A stretch of 64,000 bases of DNA from Octopus sinensis (taxonomy: Eukaryota): positions 160,270,001 to 160,334,000 of the forward strand of contig NC_042998.1 of assembly GCF_006345805.1 (NCBI RefSeq), in the 5' to 3' direction. This document shows positions 35,579-50,194 of this stretch, one piece after another. Made by a program: the position numbers and the translations under genes. The notes under the pieces are model-generated. The model was not told the DNA's origin. It was given only the letters and a program-made list of their open reading frames with translations, and made no database searches. Every line of letters starts with the position of its first letter. The stretch's first letter is position 1.

Positions 35579-38519
35579 TAATTACATTTTACTTTGGTGC
35601 TCATTACCCCTCTCCACCGCATGTACATTTGAATGCATGTGTTAGTGTGTAATTTTTCCATAATTTCTTCCTATGGTTCCACACAGCAAAGACACAAAGT
35701 CATTTGAGCAATTGTTTATCTTTAAAACAAAACATTATCATCTAATCAGAACAGATGGAGTATCAAGGGAGCATTCATTTGCATGCATATATGTGTATGC
35801 ACATATACGCATACACTTTCCCCCCCTCTCTCTCTCTTTCTCACACACACACATACACTCACTCACACATATGCACTCTCTTGTATTCTGTATCCTGTTT
35901 CTCAGTAATCCAGTAATGAAGTCAAGAATTTTCTCTTCTAGTAGAAATTATGATACAGATATGCCTTTACTTTTTTGCCATATGGAACAACAGTAAGGAA
36001 TTTTTGTTTGCATTTCCATAGTCTCATTTCTTGATAACCTTTTTAGTGGACTCCTTCCAACCTTGCCAACCAGAAGCTTCATTAAGTCACCTATATCTCT
36101 CTTCCAACGCCACCAGTAACTTTTTCCATTCCAAATTTGGAAATAATTCTTTGTATGGATTTCATTGTGACTATTTTCTTTTTTTTTTAACACTTCAGCA
36201 TTTTTCTCAATGGAAAGGACTACTTTTATTTTTATTTAGCCTTTTTTCTTTTGGCATAACATAGCATTTTGTGATAAAAAAAGAAGACCGAAAAAGAAAT
36301 CTCACCCTCAGTTTGTACGACATGAATTATTAACACAAACAGCTTACTCAGGTGGCAAAACGTGACAGACTGAGACAGACAAAAACAACCGTATATTCAT
36401 CTCAATACTTTAAATAGCAATGATGACACTTGGCCTTAAAATAACTCACATCACGGCAGGTTGTGGGTGGTGGAAAATGTTGGATAAAGTAGAATGTTGG
36501 AGCACAGATAATCAGAACACTCCTGCTTTGAGAGATTGAAAGATTGTAAATTGTTGTTGTCGTTTCAAATCAGTTAAGACTTGAATTGCCAACTTAGCAT
36601 TCTTGATGTCCTGTTTTTTTATTTTTTTATTTTGTATTTCCTATTTATTTTAGTTTATTACTGGTATTCATTTTGTCAACCTTCAAAGTCTGAACAGCTG
36701 TCAGTTGTAGCATGATATATAATCTAGAATCAAACACCAAACATTCAGTTTACCCTAGCATTCTCCTTGAAAGATATTATCACAAGTTGTTTGATGTGAG
36801 TTTATCATAGATGGAATTCTTTACCTTGGCAATCATGATATTAATGGTGGAACTAATTTAAAAAAGAAAAAAAAAAGAAACAACTGTTTTTGGCACATAC
36901 AAATGAAAAAATACAAAAGAGAGACTTATCACAATTGTATTACATGTCTTCTTTCAAATAAGTGACATGCAGGATATACATTAGAGTATATATAGAATAA
37001 CATATTAGAAATAATAACCAAATATTCTGCAAGCTACAACATACTGTCTAAAAACATGTTTAGAGATGGAAGATTTATCAATATTTTCATTTACTCCATG
37101 TTTCAAGTAATCTCCAATTGTCAATAGATGTATTATTCCTAGACATGTACATAGTATCACATTGAATTCAAATTGGGAGCCTTTATTTCTAAATTAAGAT
37201 AGTTACATTTTAATCCACTAAATTACTAGCACTCTCAATTGTTAAACTATTAAAGCTCTATGAAGAAAACGGAAAAGAAAAACTCATATGCCATGAATTT
37301 CTTTCAGACTGTAATTATTTTCTGTCTTAGAGAAATGTTTTGCTTCATAAAATGTTTAATATACCTCAGGTTATGTCATTCTGATGGTTTCTATAAAAAA
37401 TGAAATAGTGCTATACATGATTTCCACTGACTAGAAATTTTAAAAACTTTATAATAAGTGAGCAATAAAAATAAAATATTAAATATGTATATTCTATGCA
37501 TCTTTTACCTCATTCCTTAATTTCAAATCCAAACTTCTAATCCTGCAAATATTATGGAGAAATGATTCTCTCTTTTATATTAACAGTTGGCTACATACAT
37601 CATAAACATCACATTCAGATCCATTCAGATACTATGTACACTTATGGGAATAAGATACCATATGATAATTAAACTGAATGAAACACAGTGTCAATATACA
37701 TTATAAAATATTCATCTGTAAAGATGAACTTAAGAGAGTGAACAATTACAATCTTATTAAAAACATCTTCTAGACATTTAGCCATTACATTATTCTTTGT
37801 AGTTTGATAGTTTTCTCTTCAGTAACATTGTTTGAGTATTCAGCATTTCTGAAGACAATGAAGTTATGACTACTTTGTCTTATTTTCTAGAATAGTCTAC
37901 CCTACAGTACATTATTGAATATATCTATGTTTCAAAGAGGATGCTGTGTGATTTGAGAGAGATTTAGGTGCAACTTGCCATTTTGAATAATTAATAGTTT
38001 TAACATATGTTTTCTGCTAATTTATGAGCACAAGTATGAACCACAATTTCTTAGAGAACATGGGTAGCTCTGAAATAAAAAGTGGATGATAGTGCTAATC
38101 TAAGACAATTCAAGCCATTAATATCCTGCCTTTCCTTTTTTCAAGAGTGATGAATGGAGTTTGGACTGACTACCTTATTCAGTGTGTACGTTTTTAGAGA
38201 CAATATGGTGTGATCTAAGGAAGATACAGCTGTAGTTTCTAGCAGCTGACCACCTACATACTGGCTAGTTAGTTATTTCAAAAGAAAGTAACCAGTGGCT
38301 GGAATGTACTGTATTTGCAGCATTTAACATTGCATCAATGTTTGAATGCTTCCTTACTTATGGGACACATGTTCCCCCCACACACACATGAAACTGAAAT
38401 GTGGAGAAGATGAGTGCAATTAATTTTAAGATTTGGAAGGGGTTTATTCGATGGGGATGTGGCAGAGCTTCTTAGAGAGCTGGATGAGATTCCTTGCAAT
38501 ATATGTACCAGTAGAGTAG

Positions 38520-38735
38520 GTGAGCTGGTGGAATCATTAGTATACTGGACGAAATGTTTAGCAGCATTTCTTCTGGCTTCACAATCTGAGTTCAAATGCT
38601 ACTGAGAGTGACTGTGTCCTTCATCCTTTTGGGGCGGGGTTGAGGAAATAAAGTACCAGTTAAGTACTGAGGTTGATGTAATCAACTTGCCCCTCCCCCC
38701 AAAAATTGCTGGCCTTGTGCCAAAATTAGAAAGAC
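38520..38735 (+). mobile_element. Family-B SINE
   Basis: gagctggtggaatcattag...ctgagttcaaatg...aaagtaccagtt...ggccttgtgcc. Confidence 0.8.
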
Positions 38736-38768
38736 AAAAACCATGTGTACCAGTCCTTTATATTTTAA

Positions 38769-38988
38769 CCCTTTCAATACCAACCCGGCTGAAACCGGCT
38801 CTGGCTCCGAGTACAAATGTCTTGTTTTCATATGTTTTGAATTAAAATCTTCCACCAAACCTTAGTCACAATTCATGTTCCTAACACTAGCTTAATGATA
38901 ACTAAGTTATTTTACTAAATTCTTTGTTATATTTAAAGTAATTGAAAGAAACACAGAGCATCTCAAAATAAATACAGTAACAAAAGGG
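38769..38988. mobile_element. piggyBac-like MITE with intact TTAA target-site duplications
   Basis: TTAA(38765-68)-ccctttcaatac ... gtaacaaaaggg-TTAA(38989-92). CpGs are retained (cccggctgaaaccggc), suggesting a young copy. Confidence 0.85.
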
Positions 38989-41134
38989 TTAATACCAGCA
39001 TCTGCAATGACATTGGTGCCAAATTGTATCAACCTTTAAGAATAGCCTATCCTCTGGACAGCATTCATGGCAAAGAGAGAGAGATAGAGAGAGAGGGAGG
39101 AATCTTACATGTATAGATAAATGCTAGTCTCCCCACATCGAAAAAAAGGCAAAACAAAAAAAAAAACTTTGTTCCCAGAGCAGCATATACAGGTGCAGAT
39201 GCAGGATCAACTCTGACTGACAGAAACCCTAGAATGTTTCAGAAGTGGTTGGCATAAGATGCTCCTTTTTATCTTACTTATCTTTGGGTGTCTTTAGCTC
39301 TTTTGCAATCAGAAATTCAGTTTCCTCCTCATATCAGCTACTCTTCATATCAACCCAGGGTAGACATCAGCTGCATTGGTCTTATCAGCTCTAGAAAGAC
39401 CTGTCATTGTGACAGACACTACACGTTTCCCTCTTACTGACATATTGGGACAAATAGATGATAAAAGGCTGAAAGTTAGGACTGAGCTGTGCTGCAGTGG
39501 ACTGTGCTCTTCTCATGTCTTAATATTCTTTAGTTCTACTAATTTTGTCTTGCCACCTAGGTGATGTGCAAATGCAACCCCCGACCCACACGAGTGTGAG
39601 TCTGTTTTCACATCAACTTCAGAGTTGATAATGGTTTCCAATTATAGTTTTAGAGTCTTTCCTAGACAATGTTAAAAAAACCCCCAAAAAACAAAAAACA
39701 AAAACATGAAAATATTAATCTGTCAACATATCTTCTTTTTCTTATCTCATTAGAGTTCATGTCATATTTTTTTTTAATGTTAATAATTTTGATTTGATAA
39801 TATTTTACACCATTTCTCATAAAAAAACAAAATATTAATCCATATATTGATAACATGTACATATATGTGTGTGAGAATGTGTGTGTGTTTGTGTTTAAAC
39901 ACATGCACACATATATGTAATGAGTGAGTATTGTGTTTAAATATTTTGTGTTACTGATGATACTTTTCCAAATTTAAAGGATGAAAAATTAATGAGAAAT
40001 CATAAAGTACCACAGCAAACAAAAGAAAACTTGAGAAAAATGAAAAGTTTACATTTGTTTCTTTCACAACCTTCTAAGATGCAGCACTTCTGTTGGATCA
40101 ATCTGTCTTTACGGCCGTTGTTTGTTTACATTTTTACACTCCTCCCCACTGTGTTGTTTTATATAGCTATTGTTGCTGCTGCTGCTGATGATAATGATGA
40201 TGATCATTTCTAACTGTACATCTCCCCAAGTACTGGCCAAAATAAATGAACTGTTTGCTATTTTTTGTTTTTGTTTTTACTTGTCTTCTCTGTTGTTGGT
40301 GTTGTTTATTGAGGATTCAAGATGAAATATCTCGAATTGAAGCTTTTATTATTCAATCTGTCATTAAGGTTTAAACTCTTTTGGTTATTAATCTCTTGAA
40401 GCTGGTGATGAAGGGAAGGTGGGGGAAAGATGGATGGAGGCATCCTTGTTATTAAGTATAACTTAAGGAAAATCTTGTTTGCTCAGTTGGTCTGAATATA
40501 TATATATATATATATATATAATAATAACATTACCTCCATACTTGGACTTACTATACATATATGTGTGTGTGTGTGTGCGTGCACGTGTGTGTGTGTGTGT
40601 GTGAAGTGGCAGAGTTGGAATTACAGGAAGCTGGTTCAATTTCTGTTTACAGTTCATCATGTGCTCTTATGTCAAAGGTAAACATTTCTTTCTAATTTCT
40701 TTTTTTTTTCATATTTATTGCTTAAGCTTAATATTTAATAAAAAATCTGGAAAATATGTGTGTTTAGATAAATTTATTTCTCTCACTCATGATCATATCA
40801 TATGCACTATTATTTTAGACAGGTGTTTTTTCATTTTTATGTTTTTAAGTGTTTTGTAGCTTCCATAAATGTCAGCGTTTACTTAAAAAAAAAAAAGCAA
40901 CTTATTTTTCCTGTTTTAGTTTTAATTCTGTCTTCTGTTGTTGCCTTTAAATTGTTAGAAAATTTGACCTAAACTTCTGCTAAATGGAAAGTTCCAAAAC
41001 CTTTTGTCATAAGGACTTGTTAGCTTCATCTTATCTTATTTAAGAAACAGCCTCAAAAATGTGTCCATGATGAGACATCAAACTGCTAGAAATAATGGGT
41101 AAACTTTCCTCAAATCATATCTTAGCATTGTTAG

Positions 41135-41490
41135 TGGAGGTGTGTGACCTAGTGGTTAGGGTGTTGAACTCATGATCATAAGATTGTGGTTTCTTGAGCA
41201 AAACACTTCATTTCATGTTGCTTCAGTCCACTGAACTGGCAAAAGTGAGTAATCCTGTGAAGGACTGGCATCTTGTCCAGGTAGGAGATATATATTCCAT
41301 GGAAACCAGGAAACTGGCCCTTATGAGACAGCATGATTTGAGAAGGTAACTTCCTTTTTATTGTAGGAAAGAGTTACACTTCAAATATTGTGGTTCTAGA
41401 TGTACTGTATTTAGGAAAAGTCTTAATGGTCACAGCTGGAATGCTTTTGATCAGGGCTGACCTGACTGAGTAAACCTAAACAACAATAGC
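41135..41490 (+). mobile_element. Family-C SINE followed by a common 3' tail ending in (AAC)n
   Basis: tRNA-like head gacctagtggttagggtgttg and tail atggtcacagctggaatg..gatcagggctgacc..aaacaacaa. Related tails occur on both strands elsewhere (e.g. 16730-16910, 63740-63880). Confidence 0.65.
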
Positions 41491-44400
41491 AGCAGTAGCC
41501 ACCACAGTACTCAGATACCCACACAATTCCAGAATCCTCTACTTATTAGCAATACGTAACTCCTATCATCCCACCCCTACAAATGCTAAATTTACCTAGC
41601 TGTGATAAATCCTCATGGAGATTGCATATCCTTTGTCTGTCCAGCATTGTATGATAAATGCTAGGACAGAAAATACTTCAGCCACGTGCCCCTACCCCCT
41701 GTTGTTGCTGCCACTGCTGTCACTGCCACCTCTGCTGCTGCTGGTTCCAATGCAGGTGCTGCCAGTTCCACCACCAGTGCCGCTGTCGCCACTGCCTCTG
41801 ATGTGCCACTTCAGTTACCAGAACTATTGCTGCTGCTGCCAGCCACTGCCATCACTACCACCACCAACATCACCTCTTCTTCATTCACTACAACACCAAC
41901 TATCCATTTCATTGTTGCTGTTGTTATTGCCATTGCCTTCATTGTCGTGTTGTTGTCGTTGTTATCGTCATCATCATCGCCAATGTTTTATTTTTTTTTT
42001 CCATGCTGGTGTGGGTTGGCTGACTTGTCACAGTCTTAATCAGTTCTTATTCAGAGTCACTGCACTCCTAGATGAAATAGGAGACCTTGTCTCACATCTT
42101 TCTGTTTATGGCATGGTCTTTATGGTTGGATGCCCTCCCAAGCATCAAATATTTTACAGCATAAACTGGGTGCCTTTTATTAGGATACCAGTACTAAAGA
42201 GGTTGCCATGATATCAATAAAGCAAAACCCTAGAGGGTCTTCTTAGCCCCATGTTGTGTCTGCTTATTCACCAGTCACTATACAATATTTTTACAAATTT
42301 GTTGGCAGCCTCCTATCTAGATATTATAACTCAAAGAAACACTACATAGAATGAAGCTGATGAGAATTCATCTGATGTGCCCTGATTACTGTTTTAAAAG
42401 ACAATAATGAACTATCGACTAATTGGCCCTAACACTTATTTTTTTAAATTCTGGTACTTATTGATATTTATTTGTCAAACTGCTAAGTTACAGAACATAA
42501 ACAAAGACACAAACACATGCACTCATGCACACATGCACGCATGTGCACACACACGCACACACACACACACAGAGTTTTGGACGTTAACCTCTTAATGACA
42601 CAGCCATGTTTGAAATTATGAGGTTGCCATGGCTTGAAAACTTTGATCATAGATCAGTTAACTCAAGTCTGAGTGGGGCTAAACAATAAGAATATCAACA
42701 ACATTTACAACAATTATATTTTAGCAGTTTGATTTTAGTATTATTGATTATGGTCCTGACACTGGTTCTTGGCATCTAAATATTTTCCAGAAATTCTTGG
42801 GAAAAGTAATTTGAGTGTTGTTTCCTCTTCTTAATGACCACTCCAGTTTAAAAGAAGAAGAGCATCAATTTGTAGGAAGATTAATTAAGTTGAGGCACCT
42901 TAATGACTTTTCCTTGAGGTCATAAGGTAGTGATGACAGCAGAGGCTTCATATCAACCACTTACTGCAACATTTTCAGTTTTTAGGTAAACAGATGCTGC
43001 TAACCTAGTGCTATGATATTGGTATTGGCCTGTCATTTGACTTAGAGGTTCGTGGTTTCTATTCCATTGTTGGTCTTACAACTTTCAGTGTCCTATTTGA
43101 CCTTATTGTGAATAAGTACCATGATAAACCAACAAGGGAACCTCTATGAGGCATCAATGAAATGCTTCAATCTGGAAGAAATAGCAGCCAGATCTACCAC
43201 AAACCATACTTCATCAGACAATGTATTCATAAATATTCTTTAAAATATTGGGTTGGTCATGGTTGGACGTCTTTGAATATAAATTTACTCAATCAGGGTT
43301 AACCCAGGTAACTAACAACAATAAAAACAGCATAAATACTATGTGAATGTAAAGCTCACTGCTGTTAGAAGTAGCAGCTTCTGTAACTAATGTATTTCAG
43401 TAATTTGTAGTGTTGTGTTCAAATCTTCTTTGGGACAAAACTCATAACTAGTGGTCAGACTTCCAGAGAGGAAATCTTCACCACTATCAACAAACCATTT
43501 CTTAAAAACAATTTTATGTTATATTATTGTAATAATTTTAACTAGTTCTAGTTGGTTATTGCTCTTTTCTTTTATTGCTACGAAAAGTAAAAACTGATTG
43601 TAATGTACTTCTATAGTCATTGATGATAGGGAACAATGCTGGTTGTTTTGTTACAAATAGCTTATCTTCAATCAGAACAGTTTCATTCTATGAATAAATT
43701 TCCTATCCATTCTCTCATTCTGTTGATCAGATCTTTTCCTCAAATGCTCTTTATCTACGACAATCTCAGTGATGATTTTAAACCACAGTAGGCTATTCAT
43801 TGCACCCTAGCTCTCTCTCTCTTTCTTTTTCTTTCTCTCATTTTCTCTCTCTCTCTCTCTCTCTCACTGTCTTTCTGTGAGCTGGATCTAACATGAAACT
43901 AACGCTGTTGTCTAGCAGGGAGACATTTGAGGATTCTCGTCTTCATAAAGTAGGAATTCTGTATCTTCCATCGACTTGATTCCTATCTCAGGACAACTGG
44001 ACCATATCACAATTCTAAAGGATCAACATACAAATACCAGGATTCTTATGGAATCCAGATAATTATTAATAAGTATACTGTCTAAGCTTACACTGCTCTT
44101 CAAGGCATTAAACAGTTGTTTAATGCTGGAATTTTCTTCAGACCTTCCTGAATACTCCTAGAATTTTGTCCAGATAACATGCATACACAGATTCTACACT
44201 TTGATTATTTTCAGCACTTGCAAAAATCCCTATCTTTTTCTAACTTTTGTTTTCCTCCTTTTCATTCTTTTGTTCTTCTCCTTTATTTATTATTATTTTT
44301 TTGTCATATTATCACCTAGCATTATTTATTGAACATGTTTTTCTGCTCATATGTGAAGCTCTTTAATTTTCCTTGTTTTTTTTTTTTCTTTCCTTAATGT

Positions 44401-45544
44401 GCTGTTCCAAATTCTTTCTAATTGCATTACTATTGCAATACATGTAAAAGTTCCTGTCAAACAATCCTCCAGTATTTTGTATTTTGAAAACAGATTATTG
44501 ATAAAAAAAAATGTTTTCATTTAAATAATAACACTTCAGGAATATTTTCTGGTCATTTGCTTTTTTTTGTCAAATTGTCCTTTTCTATTCTCTTTTAGCT
44601 TTTCAACAAAGCATAAGTTACACACACACACACACACTATATACATACAGCATATACAAATGCATGGTCATGTGAAGATGAAGTTTGCTTTGTATCCATA
44701 TGGATTTGAATTCTATCTCACTGTGTGGGCACCTTGGGCAAGTGATTTATGCTATAATCTTAGGCAGACCTATGCTTGTGATTTGAATTAATTGGTAAAT
44801 AGAAACTGTATGGAAGTTTGTCATACACCCACATACATACATGTGTGTCTGTCTGTGCATGTGTATGTTTACATTCTGCATCTTTGCATGAAATATTCAA
44901 ATGGAAATGGTGTCATTGTGTTAACAGTCCCTGTTAACTAGTCATCCTGAAGCTCAACATGTCCAGAGAAATGGGGAATGAAATAAATCCCTTGAGAAAG
45001 AAGCAGGTGTTACATAAAAGAAGGGTATCCATCTGTTAAGTAATGCCTCAATAAAGGTATTAGTCCAACTCATGCTAGCATGGAAAATGAATATAAAATG
45101 AATAATGTATGCACATAAAAAGACATAAATGGCTATTGAATTGGCAGAATCATTAGAAGGTTGGATAGAGTGCCTTGCAGTTGTTGTTTTAGCTCTCTGG
45201 ATTCAAATTCCACTGAGGCTAACTTTACTTTTCTGTATTTTTGAAGTTGAAACGTGAAGTACCAGTCCAAGCTAGTGCATTGGTAGAATGTTAAAGTGTT
45301 GAAGATGATTCCTCTTGTTATATATCTCTTTCAGCTCTGTGCATTCTGAGTTCAAATCCTACCTCTTCTCCCTGGAAAAATGGATTCTTTGGAACATTGC
45401 AAAAATAGCGATAGTCTTGCTTGGCCCTTAAATACTTTTGCTGGTCACACTCCATGCCAACCCACCAGCTGGGTAGGTGAGAAGGCATAAATTTCCTGTG
45501 CATTCAGTTAACAAACACTATATCCATCCATCCTTTGTCACTAT

Positions 45545-45900
45545 CCATTGTTACCCAGAGGGCTGTGTGGTTAGAGTCATCCATAGGATTCCATCAGAAG
45601 CAACTGTCATTAAACTTTCTTGCTGGATTCCCAAACATAATCAAATGAGACTATGGGTATTATCCAACCATCTCATTCTTGGTCTATCCCCAAGTTCTTT
45701 TGTTGGTTGGATTGGCTTGAAGAATCTGTTTTGTGATCTTTCCTGCAACTTTTCTGTAGTACCAGGGCTGTGACTATGCAACACAGAGAAGTAGCAGTTC
45801 AATCTAGAGAGACTTTCTCCTCTTCAAGCTCCACTCCCTGTTGAATAATTTTACTCGAGATCCTTTGAAAGAACCCCATTTCTGCTGCTTGCATTTGTGA
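45545..45900 (-). pseudogene. RTE-clade LINE C-terminal relic
   Basis: Minus-strand translation with frameshifts gives ITKQILQANPT / DRPRMRWLDN..LGIQ..L.TVASD..LW, matching the RTE GRPR.RW.D motif. Confidence 0.65.
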
Positions 45901-48109
45901 TCATACTCTCCTGGTAATTACCTAACATTCATGACACAATTTCGCATACACACTCACAGACATACACATACACAGATACGTCTCTCTCTCTGTCTTTCTG
46001 TCTGTCTGTCTCTCTAATATTGCTAATTTTCTTTCAAAATAGGGATGGAATGGATCTCACATGTCTTTTGACAATTGAGGGTTCCATTTATCTTATTAGT
46101 AGAATTATCAACTCATTGTAAGTTGGCTGAGTTTCGCCACAGGCACTTGTACTCTTCATGTTCTCCACAAGACAAGCTCAGTTTGATTCAAAGTTAGAGG
46201 TTCTTCTGTTCATATCGAATACTCTCCCCAAATGGTATTAAACGGCACAAAAAACTGGCACAACGCCAGTTACTACGATGAGGGTTCTAGATGATCTGAT
46301 CAATGGAACAACCTGCTTATGAAATTAACGTGCTGGTGGCTGAGCAGTCGACAGATATGTGTACACTTAATGTAATTCTCAGGGAGAGTCAGCATGATAC
46401 CAAATGTGGCAAGGTTAGCCCTTTGAAGTACAGGTACAACTCATGAAGTTGTGAAGTTGATAAAATAAAGTACAAGTCAACTCACTCCTCTCAAAATTAC
46501 TGGCCTTGTGCCTAGATTAGAAACAATTATTGACCCTGGCAGAATTGTTTGAGTATTGGGCAAAATGCCTTGTTCTATTTCATTACAGTTATTTACAATC
46601 TGAGTTCAATCCAGCTGAAGTAAATGTTATCTGTTATCCTTCCAGGGTTGAGGAAATAAGGTACTTGTCAAGACGTGAGGTGGATTCAATTCATTAACCA
46701 ATGCCAAGTTGGTGCCATAGTTAGGCTGTGGCCTGAATGAGTGAAACAAGTAAAAGAATAAAACAATATAAATTGAAAATAGTACAGCAGATTTCAAACT
46801 GAAATATTCAAGATGGAATTTTCATCAAGTTTTGCTTATTGACAAATTCTTGAAATTTGATTTAGTTGTAAAACATTTTTGTTATTGATGAATAACATAT
46901 GTTAATACAAAATTTACATTCATTTTAATATATCTATGTAAGTAAACCATGAAATGTACATTATATCACCATCTTGTTTGTTTGTAGTTGTAACAATAAT
47001 AAATTTTATTTATCATCATCATCATCATCATCATCTTCTAACAGCCATTCTGGCATCGGTCGGATGGCATTGAATCTGATGGATCCAAGGATTTCATTGT
47101 ATTCCACTGTCTGGTCTGGTTTGGTTTCTATGGCTGGATACCATTCCTAATGACATCCAGTTTACTGTATGTACTGGGGTTTATTATAATTGATGCCCAG
47201 CACTGCTTTCAGGGTAACACTACCTCTAAGGGCAATGCTACAGCCTGGCTCCAAACCAAAAACTGAAACCAGTAAAAGAATGTGTGTGTACATGAGTATG
47301 CTGGTCACTCCTGTCAGTTTTGACATATGAGTGTTTGAAGGAGAGGACTTAAAGTTAAAGAGAGTAATAAAAAGAAAGTAAGTAAAAACAACATCTGTTT
47401 GTGATGGATGCATAAACATAATTTTAGTCCAGGTGTGGATTTTGCTATGAAGTCGCAATGATGACATTGATGATTTTGATTTTACCTGGGATTGTGTAAG
47501 TGTGTCTGTTGATTGCAGGATGTAGTTCTTCTGTTGTTCTGTTTCTTTGTTTGGATACATTCTGACACATTTTACACTATGCAGATTGGTCTAGGCAATG
47601 ACTTTCCCAAGATGAATATAGTAGCACCAGCACTAGTAAGGTTGCTTAGCATCTTGCAAGACTTACAAACCCCAAAGGGATAACCTTATGTGTAGACATG
47701 AAGTGTAAAGTGGAGAAAAGTATGAGAGAAAAGAGTCAGAGCAGAACAGGTTCTTGCAATGTGTCTTTATGGAGGAGCTACATGGATAAAATTCAGTTCA
47801 TTCAGTTCATTTCATATTTTATTCCAGTTGCCCCTTTCTTTGAATCTCATCTCACTCACTTCCTTGTTAAATCCTTTCAAATTCTGAGTATGAACTAGAA
47901 AACTGTGAATTCTAAGAGGTGTGTATTCTTTTATTAGTTTCAGTCATTGGATTTCAACCTTGTTGGAGCATTACCTCCAAGAATTTTAGTTCATTGTATT
48001 AGCACCAATATTTTGTTCCTTATTTTATCTAGCAAGAAATAACGAACTCAAACCCTAGAGTACTTGGCTGTGTAGTGAACATCCTGGATGATAACTGTAA
48101 AATAAAATG

Positions 48110-48470
48110 GTTTTAAATTTTGGCACAAGGCCAGCAACTTTAGTTGATTATATCAAACCCATTACTTGACTGGTACCTTATTTTATTGATTCCTACACAG
48201 ATGAAGGGTAAGGTTGACTTTACTGGGGTTTGAACTCCAGATATAAAGAGCTGGAAGAAATCTCACTAAGCATTTTGACCAAAGTGCTAATGATTCTACC
48301 AGCTCAATCATTATAATTGTGTGGTAAGAAGCTTGTTTTCCAACTACATGGTTCAAGGTTCAGTCCCACTGCTTGGTGCCTTGGGCAAGTGCCTTCTACT
48401 ATAGCCTTGGGATGATCAAAGCCTTGTAGGTGGATTTGGTAGACAGAAACTGACAAAAACCTATTGCATA
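48110..48470. mobile_element. Head-to-head family-B (-, 48110-48305) and family-A (+, 48320-48470) SINEs
   Basis: Both units match other copies in the window. Confidence 0.75.
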
Positions 48471-48493
48471 TATATATATATATATATATATAT

Positions 48494-48847
48494 GGTAATG
48501 TTCTTACCAATCGGTTTCACACTTGAGGTTCAATGGAGTGTTAAGTAACAGTCTGATTACGTAACCCTCACTCTTCAGAGTTGGCAGTTATGGGATGAAA
48601 TATGGCAACTGCTCTCTATTGTTGGAGGTGAACAGACATATCCAGTTTGTGGTTGCTGTGAAAAAGACAAAACAAACTGAGCAAAGGTTAAGTTAAAAGT
48701 TATGTCCTTTGGTATCAAAAACACCAACTCTGGGAGTGTTGCAAGTTGTGTTTTCTGGAAAAGAGTTTATAAGAAATGTGTGTATCTTTAAGTTGGTGCT
48801 CTTGTAGAAAGTTGAATGTGTGTAGTTGTACTGTATGTATAATGTTT

Positions 48848-48890
<43 letters not shown>

Positions 48891-49540
48891 ATTTCCGAAG
48901 GCCGCATACACATCTGTGTTTGTTAGTGTGTTTTCTTTTATGTTTTGGTTAAAATCTTGGGGTGTTTATGTATGCATGTGGTATGTGTAGGTATACAATA
49001 TGTGTGGGGGCTTATATTGGGACTGGTGGAAAGTGGTCTATTGGATGTGTGCTATGTTAAGGCATGTATGTTTGTGAGTGTGTTTGTATATGTTCTGGTC
49101 AAGCTTTTTGCTGGATTCCCAGGTATTGGCCGTGGGAGGGCTGAAACTGGGGGATGGTGATTATAGTCATGATGGGAAATGCAGGCATGATAGAATGTAC
49201 TTCCTTCCGTGTGGGCAAGGATTAAAAATTTCCCTTCTGCTGTTCAGGTAGATGCCTGGGTGCTGATACTACTTTAATATTGCTCTTTTCTCGGCCAGGT
49301 ATAATCTGCACTTCCTGCTGTTATTGAAGTATGCATTACATTTTCTAAAATCTTCCACTTTATGGTGTACTTGGTGGTGTTTTCTTTTAACAACCATATA
49401 TGCTTGGCCAGGGTTGTGGCATTATGTCCCTCCAGGATATTGAAGGAGGACTTGTGCATGTTATAGCAGGTTCTAAAAAGGCGTTCAGTTGCTCCCATGT
49501 ACTTTCACACATTTGGTTGTCCATTTGGTCCTATTGCTGT
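48494..49540 (-). mobile_element. Penelope-like element: GIY-YIG endonuclease end plus pseudo-LTR
   Basis: YMGATE..F...YN.HKSSF..N.T.LAKHIW.LKE....Y.IKWKIL (49274-49498), then LNSRREIFNPCPH.RKYIL, the typical PLE C-terminus. Downstream sequence has CTGAAGA...GAAAC. Confidence 0.85.
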
Positions 49541-49548
49541 TACCTCTT

Positions 49549-49581
<33 letters not shown>

Positions 49582-50194
49582 TGTGTGTGTGTGTGTTTGT
49601 GTCTTTGTTTGTCCCCTACCATTGCTTGACATCTAGTTTTGGATTGTTTATGTCCTTGTAACTTAGTGGTTTGGCAAAAGAGACCTATAGAATAAGTACC
49701 AGGTTTAAAGAGAAATTAAGTACTGGGGTCAATTAGTTCAACTAAGATTCCTGAAGGCAGTGCCCCAGTATGACCACAGTCTAATAACTGAAGCAAGACA
49801 GAAGATATATTTAATAGATTAAGTGTGGTTTCATTATTGGTGGATGGTATAATCAGCAGAGCATTGAATAAAATGCAATATGGTATTTGATTACATCTCT
49901 TTATGTTCTATGTTCAAATCAAGTTTAATTAAAAAGAGAACAGTTTACAAATCCTGGGAGTCAGTATAACAAATCTTTAGTACTACTTTTGAAGGCAACA
50001 CTGTCTTTAAGGGCAGCGCTATAGCATAGCTCTGTGTGTGAGTGTGTATGTGTGTACATTTGCTTCAAATTGCACACCCTTAATGTGCACATTAATTTTT
50101 CCTATGGGGGAGAAATCCTATTTTCTTTTCTAGAAACAAATGAAATGCATAAAGCATTTAAATTTTGTTTTCATGAGAGTACTTTGAAAATAAT

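Noticed and set aside
41615-42211. 198-aa and 117-aa Pro/Leu/Ala/Thr-rich ORFs
   Set aside because: Degenerate trinucleotide sequence running into a SINE/RTE tail, with no domain or splice support.
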